DNA of 64,000 nucleotides from Eledone cirrhosa (lineage: Eukaryota), in assembly GCA_964016885.1 (NCBI GenBank), contig OZ024741.1, positions 243,784,001-243,848,000 of the forward strand. Direction: 5' to 3'. The notes beneath the pieces were generated by a model. It was not told the origin of the DNA and did no database searches. It saw only the letters and a program-made list of their open reading frames with translations. Shown here one piece after another: positions 53,208 to 64,000 of this stretch. The position numbers and the translations under genes were made by a program. The first letter of the stretch is position 1, and every line of letters begins with the position of its first letter.

Positions 53208-56200
53208 GACTTCAGCTTCCTCATTTAGCATGGGCAGCTTTTCTTAAAAATCACACCACACTCAGCAAATGTGTGTCTGCACATGTACCAGTAATTACAG
53301 ATCGATCCGACCACGGGCGGCCTGCCCACGATCGAAAAGGTAACTCCGCCGGCAAATTCGCATTTTTGTGATTCGTTTCTTCGAAGGACACCATTCGCTG
53401 GTGGACTTCAGCTTCCTCATTTAACATGGGCAGCTTTTCTTGAAAATCACACCACACTCAGCAAATGTGTGTCTGCACATGTACCAGTAATTACAGATCG
53501 ATCCGCCCACGGGCGGCCGGGCCACGATCGAAAATGTAACTCCGCCGGCAAATTCGCATTTTTGTGATTCATTTCTTCGAAGCACACCATTCGCTGGTGG
53601 ACTTCAGCTTCCTCATTTAGCATGGGCAGCTTTTCTTGAAAATCACACCACACACAGCAAATTTGTGTCTACACAGGTACCAGTAATTACAGATCGATCC
53701 GACCACGGACGGCTGGCCCAGGATCGAAAAGGTAACTCCGGCGGCAAATTCGCATTTTTGTGATTCGTTTCTTCGAAGCACACCATTCGCTGGTGGACTT
53801 CAGCTTCCTCATTTAGCATGGGCAGCTTTTCTTGAAAATCACACCACACACAGCCAATGAGTGTCTGCACATGTACCAGTAATTACAGATCGATCCGACC
53901 ACGGGCGGCCGGCCCACGATCGAAAAGGTAACTCCGCCGGCAAATTCGCATTTTTGTGATTCGTTTCTTCGAAGCACACCATTAGCCGCCGGACTTCAGC
54001 TTCCTCATTTAGCATGGGCAGCTTTTCTTGAAAATCACACCACACACAGCAAATGTGTGTCTGCACATGTACCAGTACGTACAGATCGATCCGACCACGG
54101 GCGGCAGGCCCACATTCGAAAAGGTTACTCCGCCTGCAAATCGTCATTTTCGGATTCGTTTTCTTCGAAGCACACCATTCGCCGGCGGACTTCAGCTGCC
54201 TCATTTAGCATGGGCAGCTTTTCTTGAAAATCACACCTCACACAGCAAATGTGTCTCTGCACATGTACTAGTAATTACAGATCGATCCGACCACGGGCAA
54301 CCGGCCCACGATCGAAAAGGTAACTCCGGCGGCAAATTCGCATTTTTGTGATTCGTTTCTTCGAAGCACACCATTCGCCGCCGGACTTCAGAGTCCTCAT
54401 TTAGCATGGGCAGCTTTTCTTGAAAATCACACCACTCACAGACTATGAGTGTCTGCACATGTACCACTAATTACAGATCGATACGACCACGGGCGGCCTG
54501 CCCACGATCGAAAAGGTAACTCCGCCGGCAAATCCGCATTTTTGTGATTCGTTTCTTCGAAGCACACCATTCGCCGCCGGACTTCAGCTTCCTCATTTAG
54601 CATGGGCAGCTTTTCTTAAAAATCACACCACACTCAGCAAATGTGTGTCTGCACATGTACCAGTAATTACAGATCGATCCGACCACGGGCGGCCTGCCCA
54701 CGATCGAAAAGGTAACTCCGCCGGCAAATTCGCATTTTTGTGATTCGTTTCTTCGAAGCACACCATTCGCTGGTGGACTTCAGCTTCCTCATTTAACATG
54801 GGCAGCTTTTCTTGAAAATCACACCACACTTAGCAAATGTGTGTCTGCACATGTACCAGTAATTACAGATCGATCCGCCCACGGGCGGCCGGCTCACGAT
54901 CGAAAATGTAACTCCGCCGGCAAATTCGCATTTTTGTGATTCATTTCTTCGAAGCACACCATTCGCTGGTGGACTTCAGCTTCCTCATTTAGCATGGGCA
55001 GCTTTTCTTGAAAATCACACCACACACAGCCAATGAGTGTCTGCACATGTACCAGTAATTACAGATCGATCCGACCACGGGCGGCCGGCCCACGATCGAA
55101 AAGGTAACTCCGCCGGCAAATTCGCATTTTTGTGATTCGTTTCTTCGAAGCACACCATTAGCCGCCGGACTTCAGCTTCCTCATTTAGCATGGGCAGCTT
55201 TTCTTGAAAATCACACCACACACAGCAAATGTGTGTCTGCACATGTACCAGTACGTACAGATCGATCCGACCACGGGCGGCAGGCCCACATTCGAAAAGG
55301 TTACTCCGCCTGCAAATCGTCATTTTCGGATTCGTTTTCTTCGAAGCACACCATTCGCCGGCGGACTTCAGCTGCCTCATTTAGCATGGGCAGCTTTTCT
55401 TGAAAATCACACCACACTCAGCAAATCTGTGTCTGCACATGTACCAGTAATTACAGATCGATCCGACCACGGGCGGCCTGCCCACGATCGAAAAGGTAAC
55501 CCCGCCGGCAAATTCGCATTTTTGCGATTCGTTTCTTCGAAGCACACCATTCGCTGGTGGACTTCAGCTTCCTCATTTAGCATGGGCAGCTTTTCTTAAA
55601 AATCACACCACACTCAGCAAATGTGTGTCTGCACATGTACCAGTAATTACAGATCGATCCGACCACGGGCGGCCTGCCCACGATCGAAAAGGTAACTCCG
55701 CCGGCAAATTCGCATTTTTGTGATTCGTTTCTTCGAAGGACACCATTCGCTGGTGGACTTCAGCTTCCTCATTTAACATGGGCAGCTTTTCTTGAAAATC
55801 ACACCACACTCAGCAAATGTGTGTCTGCACATGTACCAGTAATTACAGATCGATCCGCCCACGGGCGGCCGGGCCACGATCGAAAATGTAACTCCGCCGG
55901 CAAATTCGCATTTTTGTGATTCATTTCTTCGAAGCACACCATTCGCTGGTGGACTTCAGCTTCCTCATTTAGCATGGGCAGCTTTTCTTGAAAATCACAC
56001 CACACACAGCAAATTTGTGTCTACACAGGTACCAGTAATTACAGATCGATCCGACCACGGACGGCTGGCCCAGGATCGAAAAGGTAACTCCGGCGGCAAA
56101 TTCGCATTTTTGTGATTCGTTTCTTCGAAGCACACCATTCGCTGGTGGACTTCAGCTTCCTCATTTAGCATGGGCAGCTTTTCTTGAAAATCACACCACA

Positions 56201-57912
56201 CACAGCCAATGAGTGTCTGCACATGTACCAGTAATTACAGATCGATCCGACCACGGGCGGCCGGCCCACGATCGAAAAGGTAACTCCGCCGGCAAATTCG
56301 CATTTTTGTGATTCGTTTCTTCGAAGCACACCATTAGCCGCCGGACTTCAGCTTCCTCATTTAGCATGGGCAGCTTTTCTTGAAAATCACACCACACACA
56401 GCAAATGTGTGTCTGCACATGTACCAGTACGTACAGATCGATCCGACCACGGGCGGCAGGCCCACATTCGAAAAGGTTACTCCGCCTGCAAATCGTCATT
56501 TTCGGATTCGTTTTCTTCGAAGCACACCATTCGCCGGCGGACTTCAGCTGCCTCATTTAGCATGGGCAGCTTTTCTTGAAAATCACACCTCACACAGCAA
56601 ATGTGTCTCTGCACATGTACTAGTAATTACAGATCGATCCGACCACGGGCAACCGGCCCACGATCGAAAAGGTAACTCCGGCGGCAAATTCGCATTTTTG
56701 TGATTCGTTTCTTCGAAGCACACCATTCGCCGCCGGACTTCAGAGTCCTCATTTAGCATGGGCAGCTTTTCTTGAAAATCACACCACTCACAGACTATGA
56801 GTGTCTGCACATGTACCACTAATTACAGATCGATACGACCACGGGCGGCCTGCCCACGATCGAAAAGGTAACTCCGCCGGCAAATCCGCATTTTTGTGAT
56901 TCGTTTCTTCGAAGCACACCATTCGCCGCCGGACTTCAGCTTCCTCATTTAGCATGGGCAGCTTTTCTTAAAAATCACACCACACTCAGCAAATGTGTGT
57001 CTGCACATGTACCAGTAATTACAGATCGATCCGACCACGGGCGGCCTGCCCACGATCGAAAAGGTAACTCCGCCGGCAAATTCGCATTTTTGTGATTCGT
57101 TTCTTCGAAGCACACCATTCGCTGGTGGACTTCAGCTTCCTCATTTAACATGGGCAGCTTTTCTTGAAAATCACACCACACTTAGCAAATGTGTGTCTGC
57201 ACATGTACCAGTAATTACAGATCGATCCGCCCACGGGCGGCCGGCTCACGATCGAAAATGTAACTCCGCCGGCAAATTCGCATTTTTGTGATTCATTTCT
57301 TCGAAGCACACCATTCGCTGGTGGACTTCAGCTTCCTCATTTAGCATGGGCAGCTTTTCTTGAAAATCACACCACACACAGCCAATGAGTGTCTGCACAT
57401 GTACCAGTAATTACAGATCGATCCGACCACGGGCGGCCGGCCCACGATCGAAAAGGTAACTCCGCCGGCAAATTCGCATTTTTGTGATTCGTTTCTTCGA
57501 AGCACACCATTAGCCGCCGGACTTCAGCTTCCTCATTTAGCATGGGCAGCTTTTCTTGAAAATCACACCACACACAGCAAATGTGTGTCTGCACATGTAC
57601 CAGTACGTACAGATCGATCCGACCACGGGCGGCAGGCCCACATTCGAAAAGGTTACTCCGCCTGCAAATCGTCATTTTCGGATTCGTTTTCTTCGAAGCA
57701 CACCATTCGCCGGCGGACTTCAGCTGCCTCATTTAGCATGGGCAGCTTTTCTTGAAAATCACACCACACTCAGCAAATCTGTGTCTGCACATGTACCAGT
57801 AATTACAGATCGATCCGACCACGGGCGGCCTGCCCACGATCGAAAAGGTAACCCCGCCGGCAAATTCGCATTTTTGCGATTCGTTTCTTCGAAGCACACC
57901 ATTCGCTGGTGG
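53208..57912. repeat. Tandem duplication of a 12-monomer block (2352 bp); partial further copies at about 58530-59700 and 62450-64000
   Basis: Offset 2352 for 53251/55603, 53643/55995, 54028/56380, 54231/56583, 55204/57556. Shared rare SNPs GAAGGACACC, CCGGGCC, CAAATTTG, CAGAGTCC, GGCTCACG. Confidence 0.9.
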
Positions 57913-60900
57913 ACTTCAGCTTCCTCATTTAACATGGGCAGCTTTTCTTGAAAATCACACCACACTCAGCAAATCTGTGTCTGCACATGTACCAGTAATT
58001 ACAGATCGATCCGACCACCGCCGGCTGGCCCAGGATCGAAAAGGTAACTCCGGCGGCAAATTCGCATTTTTGTGATTCATTTCTTCGAAGCACACCATTC
58101 GCTGGTGGACTTCAGCTTCCTCATTTAGCATGGGCAGCTTTTCTTGAAAATCACACCACACACAGCCAATGAGTGACTGCACATGTACCAGTAATTACAG
58201 ATCGATCCGACTACGGGCGGCCTGTCTACGATCGAAAAGGTAACTCCGCCGGCAAATTCGCATTTTTGTGATTCGTTTCTTCGAAGCACACCATTCGCTG
58301 GTGGACTTCAGCTTCCTCATTTAGCATGGGCAGCTTTTCTTGAAAATCACACCACTCACAGACTATGAGTGTCTGCACATGGACCACTAATTACAGATCG
58401 ATACGACCACGGGCGGCCTGCCCACGATCGAAAAGGTAACTCCGCCGGCAAATCCGCATTTTTGTGATTCGTTTCTTCGAAGCACACCATTCGCCGCCGG
58501 ACTTCAGCTTCCTCATTTAGCATGGGCAGCTTTTCTTAAAAATCACACCACACTCAGCAAATGTGTGTCTGCACATGTACCAGTAATTACAGATCGATCC
58601 GACCACGGGCGGCCTGCCCACGATCGAAAAGGTAACTCCGCCGGCAAATTCGCATTTTTGTGATTCGTTTCTTCGAAGGACACCATTCGCTGGTGGACTT
58701 CAGCTTCCTCATTTAACATGGGCAGCTTTTCTTGAAAATCACACCACACTCAGCAAATGTGTGACTGCACATGTACCAGTAATTACAGATCGATCCGCCC
58801 ACGGGCGGCCGGGCCACGATCGAAAATGTAACTCCGCCGGCAAATTCGCATTTTTGTGATTCATTTCTTCGAAGCACACCATTCGCTGGTGGACTTCAGC
58901 TTCCTCATTTAGCATGGGCAGCTTTTCTTGAAAATCACACCACACACAGCAAATTTGTGTCTACACAGGTACCAGTAATTACAGATCGATCCGACCACGG
59001 ACGGCTGGCCCAGGATCGAAAAGGTAACTCCGGCGGCAAATTCGCATTTTTGTGATTCGTTTCTTCGAAGCACACCATTCGCTGGTGGACTTCAGCTTCC
59101 TCATTTAGCATGGGCAGCTTTTCTTGAAAATCACACCACACACAGCCAATGAGTGTCTGCACATGTACCAGTAATTACAGATCGATCCGACCACGGGCGG
59201 CCGGCCCACGATCGAAAAGGTAACTCCGCCGGCAAATTCGCATTTTTGTGATTCGTTTCTTCGAAGCACACCATTAGCCGCCGGACTTCAGCTTCCTCAT
59301 TTAGCATGGGCAGCTTTTCTTGAAAATCACACCACACACAGCAAATGTGTGTCTGCACATGTACCAGTACGTACAGATCGATCCGACCACGGACGGCAGG
59401 CCCACATTCGAAAAGGTTACTCCGCCTGCAAATCGTCATTTTCGGATTCGTTTTCTTCGAAGCACACCATTCGCCGGCGGACTTCAGCTGCCTCATTTAG
59501 CATGGGCAGCTTTTCTTGAAAATCACACCTCACACAGCAAATGTGTCTCTGCACATGTACTAGTAATTACAGATCGATCCGACCACGGGCAACCGGCCCA
59601 CGATCGAAAAGGTAACTCCGGCGGCAAATTCGCATTTTTGTGATTCGTTTCTTCGAAGCACACCATTCGCCGCCGGACTTCAGAGTCCTCATTTAGCATG
59701 GGCAGCTTTTCTTGAAAATCACACCACACTCAGCAAATGTGTGTCTGCACATGTACCAGTAATTACAGATCGATCCGACCACGGGCGGCCTGCCCACGAT
59801 CGAAAAGGTAACTCCGCCGGCAAATTCGCATTTTTGTGATTCGTTTCTTCGAAGCACACCATTCGCTGGTGGACTTCAGCTTCCTCATTTAGCATGGGCA
59901 GCTTTTCTTGAAAATCACACCACTCACAGACTATGAGTCTCTGCACATGTACCAGTAATTACAGATCGATCCGACCATGGGCGGCCTGCCCACGATCGAA
60001 AAGGTAACTCCGCCGGCAAATTCGCATTTTTGTGATTCGTTTCTTCGAAGCACACCATTCGCTGGTGGACTTCAGCTTCCTCATTTAACATGGGCAGCTT
60101 TTCTTGAAAATCACACCACACTCAGCAAATGTGTGTCTGCACATGTACCAGTAATTACAGATCGATCCGCCCACGGGCGGCCGGCCCACGATCGAAAATG
60201 TAACTCCGCCGGCAAATTCGCATTTTTGTGATTCGTTTCTTCGAAGCACACCATTCGCTGGTGGACTTCAGCTTCCTCATTTAGCATGGGCAGCTTTTCT
60301 TGAAAATCACACCACACACAGCAAATGTGTGTCTACACAGGTACCAGTAATTACAGATCGATCCGACCACGGACGGCTGGCCCAGGATCGAAAAGGTAAC
60401 TCCGGCGGCAAATTCGCATTTTTGTGATTCGTTTCTTCGAAGCACACCATTCGCTGGTGGACTTCAGCTTCCTCATTTAGCATGGGCAGCTTTTCTTGAA
60501 AATCACACCACACACAGCAAATGTGTGTCTGCACATGTACCAGTACGTACAGATCGATCCGACCACGGGCGGCCGGCCCACATTCGAAAAGGTTACTCCG
60601 CCTGCAAATCGTCATTTTCGGATTCGTTTTCTTCGAAGCACACCATTCGCCGGCGGACTTCAGCTGCCTCATTTAGCATGGGCAGCTTTTTTTGAAAATC
60701 ACACCACACACAGCAAATGTGTCTCTGCACATGTACTAGTAATTACAGATCGATCCGACCACGGGCCACCGGCCCACGATCGAAAAGGTAACTCCGGCGG
60801 CAAATTCGCATTTTTGTGATTCATTTCTTCGAAGCACACCATTCGCTGGTGGACTTCAGCTTCCTCATTTAACATGGGCAGCTTTTCTTGAACATCACAC

Positions 60901-63900
60901 CAGACTCAGCAAATGTGTGTCTGCACATGTACCAGTAATTACAGATCGATCCGACCACGGACGGCTGGCCCAGGATCGAAAAGGTAACTCCGGCGGCAAA
61001 TTCGCATTTTTGTGATTCGTTTCTTCGAAGCACACCATTCGCTGGTGGACTTCAGCTTCCTCATTTAGCATGGGCAGCTTTTCTTGAAAATCACACCACA
61101 CACAGCAAATGTGTGTCTGCACAGGTACCAGTAATTACAGATCGATCCGACCACGGACGGCTGGCCCACGATCGAAAAGGTAACTCCGCCGGCAAATCCT
61201 AATTTTTGTGATTCGTTTCTTCGAAGCACACCATTCGCCGCCGGACTTCAGCTTCCTCATTTAGCATGGGCAGCTTTTCTTGAAAATCACACCACACACA
61301 GCCAATGAGTGACTGCACATGTACCAGTAATTACAGATCGATCCGACAACGGGCGGCCTGCCTACGATCGAAAAGATAACTCCGCCGGCAAATTCGCATT
61401 TTTGTGATTCGTTTCTTCGAAGCACACCATTCGCCGCCGGACTTCAGCTTCCTCATTTAGCATGGGCAGCTTTTCTTGAAAATCACACCACTCACAGCCA
61501 ATGAGTCTCTGCAGAGGTACCACTAATTACAGATCGATACGACCAGGGGCGGCCTGCCCACGATCGAAAAGGTAACTCCGCCGGAAAATCCGCATTTTTG
61601 TGATTCGTTTCTTCGAAGCACACCATTCGCCGCCGGACTTCAGCTTCCTCATTTAGCAGGGGCAGCTTTTCTTAAAAATCACACCACACTCAGCAAATGT
61701 GTGTCTGCACATGTACCAGTAATTACAGATCGATCCGACCACGGGCGGCCTGCCCACGATCGAAAAGGTAACTCCGCCGGCAAATTCGCATTTTTGTGAT
61801 TCGTTTCTTCGAAGCACACCATTCGCTGGTGGACTTCAGCTTCCTCATTTAGCATGGGCAGCTTTTCTTGAAAATCACACCACTCACAGACTATGAGTCT
61901 CTGCACATGTACCACTAATTACAGATCGATACGACCACGGGCGGCCTGCCCACGATCGAAAAGGTAACTCCGCCGGCAAATCCGCATTTTTGTGATTCGT
62001 TTCTTCGAAGCACACCATTCGCCGCCGGACTTCAGCTTCCTCATTTAGCATGGGCAGCTTTTCTTAAAAATCACACCACACTCAGCAAATGCGTGTCTGC
62101 ACATGTACCAGTAATTACAGATCGATCCGACCACGGGCGGCCTGCCTACGATCGAAAAGGTAACTCCGCCGGCAAATTCGCATTTTTGTGATTCGTTTCT
62201 TCGAAGCACACCATTCGCCGCCGGACTTCAGCTTCCTCATTTAGCATGGGCAGCTTTTCTTGAAAATCACACCACACACAGCAAATGTGTGTCTGCACAG
62301 GTACGAGTAATTACAGATCGATCCGACCACGGGCGGCCGGGCCACGATCGAAAAGGTAACTCCGCCGGCAAATCCGCATTTTTGTGATTCGTTTCTTCGA
62401 AGCACACCATTCGCTGGTGGACTTCAGCTTCCTCATTTAACATGGGCAGCTTTTCTTGAAAATCACACCACACTCAGCAAATGTGTGTCTGCACATGTAC
62501 CAGTAATTACAGATCGATCCGCCCACGGGCGGCCGGGCCACGATCGAAAATGTAACTCCGCCGGCAAATTCGCATTTTTGTGATTCATTTCTTCGAAGCA
62601 CACCATTCGCTGGTGGACTTCAGCTTCCTCATTTAGCATGGGCAGCTTTTCTTGAAAATCACACCACACACAGCAAATTTGTGTCTACACAGGTACCAGT
62701 AATTACAGATCGATCCGACCACGGACGGCTGGCCCAGGATCGAAAAGGTAACTCCGGCGGCAAATTCGCATTTTTGTGATTCGTTTCTTCGAAGCACACC
62801 ATTCGCTGGTGGACTTCAGCTTCCTCATTTAGCATGGGCAGCTTTTCTTGAAAATCACACCACACACAGCCAATGAGTGTCTGCACATGTACCAGTAATT
62901 ACAGATCGATCCGACCACGGGCGGCCGGCCCACGATCGAAAAGGTAACTCCGCCGGCAAATTCGCATTTTTGTGATTCGTTTCTTCGAAGCACACCATTA
63001 GCCGCCGGACTTCAGCTTCCTCATTTAGCATGGGCAGCTTTTCTTGAAAATCACACCACACACAGCAAATGTGTGTCTGCACATGTACCAGTACGTACAG
63101 ATCGATCCGACCACGGGCGGCAGGCCCACATTCGAAAAGGTTACTCCGCCTGCAAATCGTCATTTTCGGATTCGTTTTCTTCGAAGCACACCATTCGCCG
63201 GCGGACTTCAGCTGCCTCATTTAGCATGGGCAGCTTTTCTTGAAAATCACACCTCACACAGCAAATGTGTCTCTGCACATGTACTAGTAATTACAGATCG
63301 ATCCGACCACGGGCAACCGGCCCACGATCGAAAAGGTAACTCCGGCGGCAAATTCGCATTTTTGTGATTCGTTTCTTCGAAGCACACCATTCGCCGCCGG
63401 ACTTCAGAGTCCTCATTTAGCATGGGCAGCTTTTCTTGAAAATCACACCACTCACAGACTATGAGTGTCTGCACATGTACCACTAATTACAGATCGATAC
63501 GACCACGGGCGGCCTGCCCACGATCGAAAAGGTAACTCCGCCGGCAAATCCGCATTTTTGTGATTCGTTTCTTCGAAGCACACCATTCGCCGCCGGACTT
63601 CAGCTTCCTCATTTAGCATGGGCAGCTTTTCTTAAAAATCACACCACACTCAGCAAATGTGTGTCTGCACATGTACCAGTAATTACAGATCGATCCGACC
63701 ACGGGCGGCCTGCCCACGATCGAAAAGGTAACTCCGCCGGCAAATTCGCATTTTTGTGATTCGTTTCTTCGAAGCACACCATTCGCTGGTGGACTTCAGC
63801 TTCCTCATTTAACATGGGCAGCTTTTCTTGAAAATCACACCACACTTAGCAAATGTGTGTCTGCACATGTACCAGTAATTACAGATCGATCCGCCCACGG

Positions 63901-64000
63901 GCGGCCGGCTCACGATCGAAAATGTAACTCCGCCGGCAAATTCGCATTTTTGTGATTCATTTCTTCGAAGCACACCATTCGCTGGTGGACTTCAGCTTCC

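Larger units (their letters stand above)
1..64000. repeat. Satellite DNA array, 196-bp monomer, about 326 head-to-tail copies, truncated at both window edges
   Basis: The same unit recurs with period 196 throughout (ORF-track coordinates 132, 328, 720, 916 ... 63639 = 132+196n plus a 0 to +5 offset). No foreign sequence or strand switch seen. Confidence 0.99.

Noticed and set aside
132-63845. Hundreds of 65-131 aa ORFs (MWCDFQEKLPML..., MKITPHTANV..., MRQLKSAGEW...)
   Set aside because: 196 is not a multiple of 3, so frames shift in every monomer. Many starts are GTG/TTG, stops arise freely in variants, and no domain is recognisable. They are repeat by-products.
1-64000. CRISPR array
   Set aside because: There are no unique spacers; the entire unit is repeated, and no cas genes are present.
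1-64000. Trypanosoma cruzi 195-bp satellite, alpha satellite or CEN180 identity
   Set aside because: Only the size is similar. The sequence does not match these families as I recall them; a BLAST search is needed for a definitive answer.
1-64000. Hidden insertion, inversion or transposon within the array
   Set aside because: The 196-bp phase is continuous across the window apart from five +1 and one -2 indels, and all monomers read in the same orientation.

Overview
The whole 64-kb window is one uninterrupted, head-to-tail tandem array (satellite DNA) of a 196-bp monomer. It holds about 326 copies, all in the same orientation, at about 50% GC by hand count, and runs off both ends. Approximate consensus: TTTTCTTGAAAATCACACCACACACAGCAAATGTGTGTCTGCACATGTACCAGTAATTACAGATCGATCCGACCACGGGCGGCCGGCCCACGATCGAAAAGGTAACTCCGCCGGCAAATTCGCATTTTTGTGATTCGTTTCTTCGAAGCACACCATTCGCCGCCGGACTTCAGCTTCCTCATTTAGCATGGGCAGC. 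I found no genes, RNA genes, transposons or CRISPR arrays; all listed ORFs are by-products of the repeat. I do not recognise the satellite family or the organism; a eukaryotic (peri)centromeric or heterochromatic array is an inference. The real structure lies in the variants. About 11 recurrent monomer types (my labels A,B,C,D,E,F,G,H,I,J,W) follow a preferred order, forming a variable higher-order repeat with an 8-mer core and 6-, 7- and 13- to 16-mer derivatives. Multi-kb duplications with mappable breakpoints and regionally restricted SNP layers are superimposed. Length is very tightly kept (six net indels in about 326 copies), and the monomer is rich in palindromes, some retained by compensatory changes. 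All typing was done by eye.
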